From: a virus
Taxonomy: Duplodnaviria > Caudoviricetes
Virus record (IMG/VR): IMGVR_UViG_3300025466_000107
Span: 1-35,007 of that record
Direction: 5' to 3' (one strand)
DNA length: 35,007 nt
Of this stretch, positions 11,101-19,571 are shown one piece after another. Every line of letters starts with the position of its first letter. The first letter of the stretch is position 1. The position numbers were made by a program, and so were the translations under genes. The notes under the pieces are model-generated. The model saw only the letters and a list, made by a program, of their open reading frames with translations. It was not told where the DNA came from and searched no databases.

Positions 11101-14100
11101 CTGAAGCCAAACCAGCAGGAACAAAAGCTAGTATCAAAACTGCCAAGTGGGCAGAGAAAGAAGAAGCTCCCGATAGGTTTGGCAGGGAAGATGTACTGCG
11201 TCAGATGTATAGGAAGCTTAATGATGCCTATACAGAAGCTGATTCACCTGATGAAGCTTATGATTTGGCTTATAAAGCCTCTACCCCACCTCAGCAAAGA
11301 ATTTTGCGGGCGTTGAAAAAAGATGATTTCCTTGGCTTTGATTATCCACATCAAGCAATTAGAGAAATTGTTGAGAATCCTGAGAACTATGATCTCTCCA
11401 CACCTCTTAAGGTTGCTCTTTCAGTCGTTGGCAATAAAGGAACAAAAGCTAGTCTTAAGACTCCATTGTCCACCAGAGAGATCATGGAGCAAAACGATCA
11501 GTTTGCTCAGGCAGAACTTGGTTTAAACACAGAAAAAGCTAAAGGCAAGACTGGTGTAAACAACGTACGGGATATTGCTAAGGCTTTAAACGCACAGACA
11601 GTTGGTGAAGAGGGCGCAATGAACCGCCTAAGCCACACCGTCAAAGATGAAGACAGAATTGCAAAAGCAATGGCTGACGAAGTTGGTTATCAATTAAGAG
11701 CTACTGCTAAGACAGGAACAGGTTTAGGGTGGTACTCCAATAACTATCCCAACGCAGTCAAAATGTTATCTCGTAGATTCCCAGAGCTTGAGAACAACAA
11801 ACATGCTAGATCGGTATTTTCTGCGCTTGTTGCTGTAACCTCTAATGGGGAAAGAGTTGCTAAGAACATTGACAATGCAATTAAATTGTATTCAAAACTT
11901 AGAGATGGCAAACCTTTGGTTGCTATGGGTAACCGCCGTGCGTCTGCTTTGGATAAAAATTTAATAAACATTGAAAACTTATTACGTAAGTACGGCGCTG
12001 ATTTTGAGAAGGAATTACTTAAAGAAATCACTGTTAAAGACATGAATGCATATCTGCGTTCTATTGGTGAAGAATCAGATGCCAGCTACTTAGCTAATAC
12101 GGTCATTCCATCAGCCGCTATTCACTTTGGCCCTAAGCTTGGCGCTTTCTACGCCAACCTGTCCGGTTCAGAGGGTTACCTCACAATGGACTTATGGTGG
12201 ACTAGATCTATCAACCGTATGCGTGGTTTGTTAATACCAAAGGCTACAAAAGCATCTCTTGATAAGTTTAGAGAAATGCTTGATATGCCTGACGCAAGCG
12301 TTAATGATTTGGTTGAAGAGTCTATTCCACTAAGAAACATATACGAAGAAAATGGTTTTGTAACTGATCTTGAGTTTCTTGCTGGTGGTAAAGAACCTGC
12401 CAAAAAAGTTCTTAAAGAAGCATGGTTTAAACGGGCGGAAGCCGCTGCTGGTGATGCCTACGATCAATTTTTGTTTGAACACAACTTACTTAAGATGGCT
12501 AACACCATCTATAAGAATGAATTTGAAATGTTGGAAGAAGCTCCATTTTCTGCAACAGATAGAGCTTTTATGTACAAGGCGGCACGTAAAGCCCAAGCTT
12601 TACTGCGTGGTGAAGGAGTTGACTTAACTCTTGCAGACATTCAAGCTGCCTTGTGGTACTATGAAAAACGTTTATATGCAAAACTTAGTGGAAGGAAAGC
12701 AGATGATATCGGATACGAAGAAGCCATTATCAAACAAGCCAATCAGGGTAATAGATCCGTCAGACCCAGTGTGGTCTTCACTGGACAACAAAACGGCGGG
12801 AATGTCTCCACAGGAGCGGTTCAACTTTCTGGACAACCTAGTTCAGCAACTGTCAAAGCCAGTCTCAAAGGAATAGTAGCAGAGGTTGCACCGAACCCTG
12901 ACCAAGAGGTAGCCGCCCGTTGGCGCTTAATGAACAGCGCAGACAAACAACAAACCACTGAGGTGGTTGCTCGCCGTGTCATACCCAAGTTATTTGATGA
13001 CATGGGATTCAAGGGTTGGTCTTACAACATTTCTTCTGGTAGATATGAGGGTGAACAAAACCCCAACATCATCATCAATGCGCCTGACAGTGCAACAGAC
13101 GAAGAGTTAAATGAATTTGCTAGAGTTATAGGTAATGTCTTTGATCAAAAGGCTATGGTTACTTATGACGAAGACAATACAACGTCAGATTCTCAGAATG
13201 GATTTGTTTCAGTCATCATTCCAGAAGGAATGAATGATAAGACATTAAATGATCTTAGAGAACATATTTCCAAAGAAGTTCCAGAAGCCAACGCAGATAC
13301 AGTGCGTAATGGCAAAATCCACTTTGGAAACTTCTCTAAGTACACAGACAATGAAATTTCTGATGAACAATATTACAACAATATAAAAGATGCTATTGCT
13401 AATTTTGATTACGATGGTATTATTGATGTTCAAAAACCAATCCGATTCCATAGTGAATTGATTGAACCTGCAAACAGGGAAGAGTATTTAGAAGGAACAA
13501 GATATGGCACAGATCAGGGAAGTAGAGAGAAAGCCGGGGGAGACGATCTTTGGAGGCAAGGGCGTAATAGGCTTGAAGCCATTTCAGAAGATGCAATCCA
13601 ACTCAGGAACAAGTGGATCGAATCCGGAACGAAGTCTAGCGAGAGCGGCAGAGCAGGCGCTACTACGTTCCCCAATGTTGAAGCCGAGTACGGGACACCA
13701 ATAGAGAATGCGTCAAGCGCAGTCGGTGTTCATTTCAGCAAACAAAAACGCAACACATTAATATCTAAGTTCTTTGGCACTGGTCTGAAAGGGCTAGAAG
13801 GCGAACGTCTCAGCGAGCCTGCTAACAGAGACATCAAAGACCGTATCTATTTTTACGTAGATAAAGGTAAAGGGATTGTTCCAGAAGCTGGAGTTGGTGG
13901 TGCAGCGCATGTTGTGCGTTTAAACAATCTTTACGATGCAGTCAAAGATCCTTTAGGCATTATCAAAACCAACAAAGGTGAAGGTGCAAATGAACGTGCA
14001 TCTAATCTAGAACGTAAGATCAAGAACGCAGGGTTTGATGGATACATGTTTATGGATCCGTTGCAAAACCAAGGCTATGCCGTATTGATTGGTAAACACA

Positions 14101-17100
14101 ATATATCTGTTCCACCCAGCAAAGCCAGTTTGAAAGCTCATGATACACCTGCGTTTAAACGTTTCTTTGGCGACAGCAAGGTTTTAGACAAAGCTGGCAA
14201 ACCAATGGTTATGTACCATGCCACCAACGCAGACTTCAATACATTCAGACGGTCTGATGATGGCAAGCTAGGCGAAGGTATATACAGTACCTCTATACCT
14301 GAATATTCAAATGAGTTTGCCCCTGAAGGCAACATCATGCCTTTGTATGCCCACGCAGAGAATCCATTTGTTATCAATGTAACTCGTGGCGATAAAGCTC
14401 TCACAGATAGATTTTCAGGCGATATCAATAAAGCAATGGTCAAGGCCGTTGAAGAATTCACTGACGGCAAAACAAGGTTGATGGATCTAGAAGGCAATCA
14501 AGTCAGGGAACTGTTTGAGAAGAACGGCTACGATGGCATTATGGTCAAGGACGACCAAGGCAATATCGTAGAGTTGAATGTGTTTACACCCAATCAATTG
14601 AAGTCGGCCATCGGCAACAAAGGCACTTACGACTTCAACAAACCAGACATCCGAGCAAGTCTTGGCACTCTTTTAAACGGCATACCCAACGCTGCGGGCC
14701 TGGCAGATCGTTTAAACACTGTTACTCCTGGTAGAGAAGATGTAGGCTTCGCCCGTAGAATGATTGAGGCAATCAACCCCAAGAACTTTGGTGATCTAAG
14801 GATTAACTTCCTTAACCGCTATAACCAAATGGCAGTCCATGACAAGATGCTTGCCAAGGCCAAAGGCGTTGTTAAGCTGATGGCCGATGCCAGTGCTGAG
14901 TCTGCGGCTTTGATGTCTGACCTAGCGTCAGGCATTGCAGCAGAAGCCATGAGTAAAAATGGTGGAGTTCCAGTCTATAAGAATGGATATACCTCTATTG
15001 ATAGATCTGTGAAGAGCGTGGTTGAGATCTTTGCCCCGCTTGCCAAAATGAACAACCCAGACATGTACAGGTTATACCAGTTCTGGGCAGGCGCTAAACG
15101 AGCTAGAAGACTGATCAGGGAAGGCCGTGAAGAAAACTACACATCCGCAGATCTTCAACATGCCAAAGAACTAGAGAAGAAGTACGGTCATATCTTTAAT
15201 CAAGTCCATGATGATTGGATCAAGTACAACAACGGCCTTGTCAAATACCTCGTTGACACTGGCGTGTTGTCGCCAGAAAAGGCCAAAGAGTTCTCCAAGT
15301 ACTCAGACTACATCCCGTTCTATCGTCAGATAGATGGGGACACCACGGTAGGCCCACAGTTGTTCCAGTCCTTGACTGGGGTTAAAGCACCCAAGAAGCT
15401 CAAGGGTGGAGAAGGGCCATTGGCTGATCTCTTAGAGACTGTGGTCAGGAATACCCACGCCGCTATCCAATCTGGTACAAAGAACGTGGCGGCTACAAGG
15501 GCTGTTAAGAACGCAGAAGAGTTAAAGCTGGCTGAGAAAGTACCGTTTAAACAGGATAACTTCAACACCGTGAAGATCTTCGAGAACGGGAAAGAATCCT
15601 ATTACAACGTGGCTGACCCTCTATTGATTCAGTCTATGCAGGGTTTAAACTTACCTGACCTGCCGTTCTTGGGGATTCTTTCTGCGCCTGCCAATTGGTT
15701 ACGCAACATGGTGACCAAAGATCCAGGATTTATGTTGGCCAACATGATGAAAGACTCGATCTCGGCCTACATCACCAGTGGGTCAAACATGACCCCAGTC
15801 GTTGATACAGTCAAGCATTTCACCACTGCAATGGCAGGCACTAACCCAACCATTGAAAAGCTCAGAGCCGCAGGTATTGGTGGTGGTCATTTGGGTGGAA
15901 ACATTGAGGTTGCAGGTAGAGACTTGGCCAAGAAGCTACGTAAGGAAGCTGGAACTAAGACAACCCTAGAGAAAGGTCTTACCCCATTTACATCTCTCTG
16001 GGATGCCCTAGAACATGGAACAGAAGCATCTGACCTCGCAACCCGTGCTGCGATATTTGAGAAGACAATGGCCGAGACAGGCAATGAAGCAGAGGCCATC
16101 TATCAAGCCTTGGAGGTGATGAACTTCTACAGGAAGGGGGCTAACCCTATCATTCGTATTTTGTCTGCGGTGACCCCATTCCTGAACGCAAGGATCCAAG
16201 GTTTGGATGTGTTCTACCGTGCAGGGTTTGCACCGTTTATTGACAAGAATGCAACAGAAGCTGACAAGGCTAGACAGAAAGCTTTCTTTGTCCGTGGCGC
16301 AACCATCATGGCATTATCTGCGGCTTATTGGATAATGACGCATGATGATGATGATTACAAGAAACAGGAACAAGAAACTCGGGATAACAATTGGTTAATC
16401 CCTTCCCTCGGGGTAAAGATCCCAATTCCATTTGAGGTGGGCTTTATCTTTAAAGTATTCCCTGAGCGAGTCTTGGAATATCTCTATGGCAATGACACGG
16501 GCAAGGATTTCCGTCAATCTATGAGACGGGGGATTACCTCTACCCTGTCTATCCAAGCACCGCAGATCTTCCAGCCTGCGCTTGAAACCATGACCAATTA
16601 CTCATTCTTTACCGGACGGGCGATTGTTCCCCAAGGCTTACAGAATGTAGCCCCCGAATATCAAGTCGGCCCATCCACAACCAAAACCTTTGAGGCCATA
16701 GGTAAAGAGTTGGGTCAGTCACCCATCATGCTTGAGCATCTATGGCAAGGCTATACAGGAACGATGGGGATGTACATGGTGGATGCTATAGATTCCATCA
16801 TCAATTTAAACAGCGATGTCCCCAAAGCGTCCAAGCGCTTTGAACAAATGCCATTCATCAAGAGGTTTGCCCTAGATCCAGAGGCACGGGGGTCGGTATC
16901 ATCCTATTATGATCTTAAAGACTCAGTGGATCAGGCGGTGCGTACATCCAACCTATTAGAGAAGACGGGCAACTACCAAGACATCGGCGAGTATATGCAA
17001 GAGAACGCAGGACTCCTAGCCACGGATGACTACGTTAAATCTATGGACAAGAGCATGAAGGATCTACAGAACGAGGCCACAATCGTTCGTTCGTCAGGCA

Positions 17101-17204
17101 TGAGTGCTGATGAGAAGAGGGATGCATTGAAGGCTATCGGTGAGGCGCAGAATGCCTTAACGGCCAATGTCCAGTATCTTAAGAAGATGATGTCTGAACG
17201 ATAG
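8124..17204 (+). CDS. Large polyvalent internal virion protein (HExxH metallopeptidase, HhH-glycosylase-like, ART-like domains, LPD38-like C-terminus)
   Basis: 3026-aa uninterrupted ORF. HESVH at 10734-10748 with downstream EEAIADAF. FKRFFGDSKV..GKPMVMYH...GIY...GYDG...NQLKSA (ART-PolyVal pattern) at about 14130-14650. RDNNWLIP..IPIPFEVG (LPD38 pattern) at about 16380-16440. Confidence 0.85.
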   Translation: MPTYRITAPDGKTYQIDGPAGASQEDVKNEVIRQHPYAAYTTEELKNAPTASTSTADFLRQVGQGGISGAKSLTDLFGAGNDSLSKANEYLEKGLSPQLIEEQRINQELQERAKGKGILEELSANLRPVFQHPFTSTGSAIASSVPMIAGSVLAEPLGLATAAELGIGSLMGLGGQKGQNYQNVHDEAIKQGKSEQEAEALGQQAAEYSVKNLPSLAAGALSGALEGPLSPAAKLGRYLRPGELAEGAIKNIPKPTFARALGTSALESGLGEFVQGSAAQLGSNLALQNAGFDTPLMEGVMGAGAHDALIGALTGAAVSPAQLSSLKREYDADQAKILTEEAAKKQKESADLLAKFNEQNQINPELLALPAPAPKVEGNQAEQSLFNPHGNYTAEELGPERVAAIDAHRADNGKPPLKSYSIEDIVDAMPSQSLDPNDTREKNPAGERADLNALIANKVGHTNEKVTPQDVVNKAIEKNVDPSGEGFKDFLRRTTGIGELNMMTDGQRFAAQQALQKMEPHTGEAPLILPRGTTATHYDADQRLNSINALDQLGGNVSQEKAIETIKKATGLQRDQDAQHMIADLVRSGDFDLNKDNELEQPSSTSYLPSGYHIEEGSFKEGEAPEHFKIMAGDKELGIADTQEAAEEKKNKYLETRAKKSDSIDKEIEEKQAAVQKSKDDLEAMEAMGQGRTPEYQKASGDYARKVSDTEKEIGNLNRTKAELDPEVNPLSIKAGNIVPKTRKGFTIFKNSQSIGTFPDRSAAEKSIAANLSTKELEQLTGDKRRRSFARLAEQELNDRVTPGIKVRVNKEFEQAAPELGKQLEAILAKFGLKGVGLKLMSTLGGNEGEYAQSLIKIALDITDPIGVLRHESVHALKALGFFTDNQWNALRRMAKDKWIKEFLKDKPFAEGKSRYDAYMEMYKGDMNAIEEEAIADAFRYYAEKGSPPGMIAALLKRLNQFFEALRNVLTGNGFNTAEDIFEKIEKGQLVKAEAKPAGTKASIKTAKWAEKEEAPDRFGREDVLRQMYRKLNDAYTEADSPDEAYDLAYKASTPPQQRILRALKKDDFLGFDYPHQAIREIVENPENYDLSTPLKVALSVVGNKGTKASLKTPLSTREIMEQNDQFAQAELGLNTEKAKGKTGVNNVRDIAKALNAQTVGEEGAMNRLSHTVKDEDRIAKAMADEVGYQLRATAKTGTGLGWYSNNYPNAVKMLSRRFPELENNKHARSVFSALVAVTSNGERVAKNIDNAIKLYSKLRDGKPLVAMGNRRASALDKNLINIENLLRKYGADFEKELLKEITVKDMNAYLRSIGEESDASYLANTVIPSAAIHFGPKLGAFYANLSGSEGYLTMDLWWTRSINRMRGLLIPKATKASLDKFREMLDMPDASVNDLVEESIPLRNIYEENGFVTDLEFLAGGKEPAKKVLKEAWFKRAEAAAGDAYDQFLFEHNLLKMANTIYKNEFEMLEEAPFSATDRAFMYKAARKAQALLRGEGVDLTLADIQAALWYYEKRLYAKLSGRKADDIGYEEAIIKQANQGNRSVRPSVVFTGQQNGGNVSTGAVQLSGQPSSATVKASLKGIVAEVAPNPDQEVAARWRLMNSADKQQTTEVVARRVIPKLFDDMGFKGWSYNISSGRYEGEQNPNIIINAPDSATDEELNEFARVIGNVFDQKAMVTYDEDNTTSDSQNGFVSVIIPEGMNDKTLNDLREHISKEVPEANADTVRNGKIHFGNFSKYTDNEISDEQYYNNIKDAIANFDYDGIIDVQKPIRFHSELIEPANREEYLEGTRYGTDQGSREKAGGDDLWRQGRNRLEAISEDAIQLRNKWIESGTKSSESGRAGATTFPNVEAEYGTPIENASSAVGVHFSKQKRNTLISKFFGTGLKGLEGERLSEPANRDIKDRIYFYVDKGKGIVPEAGVGGAAHVVRLNNLYDAVKDPLGIIKTNKGEGANERASNLERKIKNAGFDGYMFMDPLQNQGYAVLIGKHNISVPPSKASLKAHDTPAFKRFFGDSKVLDKAGKPMVMYHATNADFNTFRRSDDGKLGEGIYSTSIPEYSNEFAPEGNIMPLYAHAENPFVINVTRGDKALTDRFSGDINKAMVKAVEEFTDGKTRLMDLEGNQVRELFEKNGYDGIMVKDDQGNIVELNVFTPNQLKSAIGNKGTYDFNKPDIRASLGTLLNGIPNAAGLADRLNTVTPGREDVGFARRMIEAINPKNFGDLRINFLNRYNQMAVHDKMLAKAKGVVKLMADASAESAALMSDLASGIAAEAMSKNGGVPVYKNGYTSIDRSVKSVVEIFAPLAKMNNPDMYRLYQFWAGAKRARRLIREGREENYTSADLQHAKELEKKYGHIFNQVHDDWIKYNNGLVKYLVDTGVLSPEKAKEFSKYSDYIPFYRQIDGDTTVGPQLFQSLTGVKAPKKLKGGEGPLADLLETVVRNTHAAIQSGTKNVAATRAVKNAEELKLAEKVPFKQDNFNTVKIFENGKESYYNVADPLLIQSMQGLNLPDLPFLGILSAPANWLRNMVTKDPGFMLANMMKDSISAYITSGSNMTPVVDTVKHFTTAMAGTNPTIEKLRAAGIGGGHLGGNIEVAGRDLAKKLRKEAGTKTTLEKGLTPFTSLWDALEHGTEASDLATRAAIFEKTMAETGNEAEAIYQALEVMNFYRKGANPIIRILSAVTPFLNARIQGLDVFYRAGFAPFIDKNATEADKARQKAFFVRGATIMALSAAYWIMTHDDDDYKKQEQETRDNNWLIPSLGVKIPIPFEVGFIFKVFPERVLEYLYGNDTGKDFRQSMRRGITSTLSIQAPQIFQPALETMTNYSFFTGRAIVPQGLQNVAPEYQVGPSTTKTFEAIGKELGQSPIMLEHLWQGYTGTMGMYMVDAIDSIINLNSDVPKASKRFEQMPFIKRFALDPEARGSVSSYYDLKDSVDQAVRTSNLLEKTGNYQDIGEYMQENAGLLATDDYVKSMDKSMKDLQNEATIVRSSGMSADEKRDALKAIGEAQNALTANVQYLKKMMSER

Positions 17205-17472
17205 AGTTATCGAAGAGCCAGCCTATCGTTTTACGGTGGGCCGCCTCCCACATGTTTAAACGTTCCTCCCGGGTCATCTTGCTGCCTTGGTCTAAGGCCA
17301 TATGGCAGGCATAACAAAGGGCCGCAATCCTATAGTCATGTGCTTTAAGACCACGGCCTTTGCCATCTATTAACTGATTGGAATGTGCGGCCACTACCGT
17401 GCCATCTTCAATGCCACAGTTTTGACAGGGGGAATTCCTTACCGAATCCAACAGGGTTCGGTTCCTGTACAT
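17179..17472 (-). CDS. DUF1364/YbcO-like His-Me (HNH-like) zinc protein
   Basis: PCQNCG..GTVVAAHSNQ..GKGRGLKAHD..AALCYACH; likely start MYRN with AAAGGA SD; overlaps the giant gene convergently by 26 nt. Confidence 0.75.
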   Translation of the reverse strand: MYRNRTLLDSVRNSPCQNCGIEDGTVVAAHSNQLIDGKGRGLKAHDYRIAALCYACHMALDQGSKMTREERLNMWEAAHRKTIGWLFDNSIVQTSSS

Positions 17473-17611
17473 TCCTTTTTGGTACAAAGATTACCTCTTT
17501 TCCGTCTATGTCTTTGGTTGTAAATCGATGGCCGTTTAAACATTGTCTGCGTCTTCGATCATCTCGTTTCTCAAGGATTCTTGTGCCTTTACCACATTCA
17601 GGACAGTTCAT
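17408..17611 (-). CDS. Zinc-ribbon protein resembling the NrdR N-terminal domain
   Basis: MNCPECG..TRILEKR..RRRRQCLNGHRFTT. Confidence 0.7.
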   Translation of the reverse strand: MNCPECGKGTRILEKRDDRRRRQCLNGHRFTTKDIDGKEVIFVPKRNVQEPNPVGFGKEFPLSKLWH

Positions 17612-17847
17612 TCTAGATCCCATTCATCTTCAGGCCAAACAAGGACGGGTGTCTCGGGGCCAAGATACCCATCTTCTATATTGAACTCAATGAACTCTCG
17701 GGCTTCTTCCGCAGACATGCCATCCCTTTTCATTAGAATTTCCCTTATCTTCTCCGCATCATATACCAAGACTTCAACTTGCGTTTGATCTCTCCATGTG
17801 TATGCAGGGCCAAGCATGGCCTCATCATAGTCGTCATATTTGATCAT
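17608..17847 (-). CDS. Hypothetical phage protein (acidic)
   Basis: 79-aa ORF with ATGA coupling and GGAG SD; EEAREFIEFNI..YLGPETP pattern. Confidence 0.75.
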   Translation of the reverse strand: MIKYDDYDEAMLGPAYTWRDQTQVEVLVYDAEKIREILMKRDGMSAEEAREFIEFNIEDGYLGPETPVLVWPEDEWDLE

Positions 17848-17966
17848 AGATCCAACTCCGGAAAACGTTGTTCAAGGAACCCTCTTCTAGCTTCTTCGCT
17901 CCACCTCTCCCAAGAGAAGTAGATAACCTTTAGCTTTCTATTTGAGTATTTCTATAGGACTCTCAT
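17844..17966 (-). pseudogene. Coupled 41-codon frame interrupted by an in-frame TAG at codon 5
   Basis: MRVL*KYSNRKLKVIYFSWERWSEEARRGFLEQRFPELDL*; ATGA overlaps at both ends exactly fill the gap. Confidence 0.35.
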
Positions 17967-18370
17967 ATAAGTTTCATTTGCCTTGGAGATGGGGTGAAGT
18001 CAAACTCAATACCATATTTCAATAATTCTATCTTAATATGGATAAGGCTTACTCTGCCAATGTTGGGTTCTTTATAGAGAAACCTTTGTTGCTTAAGTAA
18101 ATCTTCAACGGTGTGAATGTCGGCCATCCGCAATACATTTTTAATCCTTTTGGTTAGATTAAGGTCTTCTAGTCGAGGTAACTTAGGTTTAGCCTCCTTG
18201 GTTTTAATCATTGCATCTGCAAAATCATAAGCCATTTTGGATACTTGAGTACAATATGTTGAGTTTAAACCACCCTCCATAATGATGCCTTGCATGGCCA
18301 TGCCTGCAAACCAATCTCTTAAGTCCATGCCTTCTTGCATTGTGTTGTTTGGATTTGGAAATGCTTTCAT
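17963..18370 (-). CDS. Phage protein with a C-terminal RNA polymerase alpha-CTD-like domain
   Basis: LEDLNLTKRIKNVLRMADIHTVEDLL...EPNIGRVSLIHIK aligns by eye with the RpoA CTD ([26 protein letters not shown]...TPNLGKKSLTEIK); N-terminal AFP..GMDLRDWFAGMAMQG phage module. Confidence 0.8.
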   Translation of the reverse strand: MKAFPNPNNTMQEGMDLRDWFAGMAMQGIIMEGGLNSTYCTQVSKMAYDFADAMIKTKEAKPKLPRLEDLNLTKRIKNVLRMADIHTVEDLLKQQRFLYKEPNIGRVSLIHIKIELLKYGIEFDFTPSPRQMKLI

Positions 18371-18606
18371 GTGTTTTTCTCCTTTAGTTTGGCTTCAATT
18401 TTTTGTCCTAATTCAATTCGATTCTCTGGGTCTTCAAGGTTACAGACTAATTCAGCAATTTCATCAACTGTTAGTCCTACCCATTCTTTCTTACAAAATC
18501 CTCCATAGTTGGAACACATTTCTGAATTCCATTTGGATTCGTTTACACGCTCAGTCTCTTTGCATTTGGCTGCAATGCGTTCAAACTCTTCATCTTCTTC
18601 AGTCAT
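18367..18606 (-). CDS. Small modular hypothetical protein (MTEEDEEFERI...EWVGLT...IEAKLKEKNT)
   Basis: Coupled ORF; paralog of 18773-18994. Confidence 0.75.
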   Translation of the reverse strand: MTEEDEEFERIAAKCKETERVNESKWNSEMCSNYGGFCKKEWVGLTVDEIAELVCNLEDPENRIELGQKIEAKLKEKNT

Positions 18607-18776
18607 AACACCCTCCTATTAACCCACCAACATTTGATGTACCCCCAGAATGTTCTTTTAAATAGTTGTGCTTCTAATTTATTGATGCGCTCCTTCAGCT
18701 CATAGTTCTCCAACAACAATTCACTGTTATGCATAGACATCATGTTCCATGCTTTTTGTATGTCTTTTCTAATCAT
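18603..18776 (-). CDS. Hypothetical protein (57 aa, MIRKDIQKAW...)
   Basis: Translated by hand; ATGA overlaps at both ends; AAGGAG SD. Confidence 0.65.
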   Translation of the reverse strand: MIRKDIQKAWNMMSMHNSELLLENYELKERINKLEAQLFKRTFWGYIKCWWVNRRVL

Positions 18777-18994
18777 GTGTTGCGCTCCTTCAGCTTGGCT
18801 TCAATTGCTTTAGCAAAGTTATAAATATTAGGCACAGAAAAACCAATAAATTCTTTTTCCAATTCGTCTATTTGATCTTCTGTCAGTCCTACCCATTCTT
18901 TTTGTTTAGAAACCAATGGAGGTTCTAGAATGTAATCAATTAAGTATTGTCGTTTCTTTACAATACGTTCAAATTCTTCATCTTCTTCAGTCAT
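18773..18994 (-). CDS. Small modular hypothetical protein (MTEEDEEFERI...EWVGLT...IEAKLKERNT)
   Basis: Coupled ORF; paralog of 18367-18606. Confidence 0.75.
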   Translation of the reverse strand: MTEEDEEFERIVKKRQYLIDYILEPPLVSKQKEWVGLTEDQIDELEKEFIGFSVPNIYNFAKAIEAKLKERNT

Positions 18995-19302
18995 TGGTTT
19001 CCCTCCGTTGTAATGTCTTCTGTTCTATGTCGAGTGCAAGCCTTACCGCATGACTCATCCCAATTCTTTTGCGTTGTTACCTTGTCACCGCATCTAGTGA
19101 CGTAATGATAGTTACCATCGTAGAACCTGTAGACTTTGCACCCATCTATCTCTTGTATGACTTGCATGGCGTGGCTTTTTTCACGCTCTTCTTTGCTTGG
19201 GCCAAAACCTAGCCACAAACCATATGCCATAGCCCATGCTAGAAAACACATAACAACGACAACAAGTATTGAGTAAATTATTTCTGCAAATGTTAGTCTC
19301 AT
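18991..19302 (-). CDS. Membrane-anchored protein, DUF4884-like
   Basis: N-terminal hydrophobic helix followed by EIDGCKVYRFYDG..HYVT. Confidence 0.6.
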   Translation of the reverse strand: MRLTFAEIIYSILVVVVMCFLAWAMAYGLWLGFGPSKEEREKSHAMQVIQEIDGCKVYRFYDGNYHYVTRCGDKVTTQKNWDESCGKACTRHRTEDITTEGNQ

Positions 19303-19571
19303 GTGTTTAGCTCCTTTAGCTTGGCTTCTACCAATAACAAATCGTCATAAGGACTTTTGGTGCTTCCATGAATTTCTTGTCTTTCCTTATCCGTAAGTCC
19401 TCTCCATTTTGGGGGGTAATATACAAGATACCCAACAGGCTTATGCGCCATTTCAAATGTGCCTTTTCGTATATGTAAAGCATGAACTTCTGCGTCCCCA
19501 CCTATGTCATTAGCAAGGGTGATTGCTTGCTCTCTAGTTTGTTCAATCCAAACAACTGATTCTTTAATCAT
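19299..19571 (-). CDS. Small modular hypothetical protein (...WRGLT...VEAKLKELNT)
   Basis: Coupled ORF carrying the shared C-terminal module. Confidence 0.7.
   Translation of the reverse strand: MIKESVVWIEQTREQAITLANDIGGDAEVHALHIRKGTFEMAHKPVGYLVYYPPKWRGLTDKERQEIHGSTKSPYDDLLLVEAKLKELNT

Noticed and set aside
86-16199. Numerous antisense and alternate-frame ORFs in the supplied track inside long genes
   Set aside because: Shadow ORFs fully overlapping well-supported genes, with no recognisable motifs
8124-17204. Intein or virion RNA polymerase within the giant ORF
   Set aside because: I could not recognise intein splice-junction/LAGLIDADG motifs or RNA polymerase catalytic motifs
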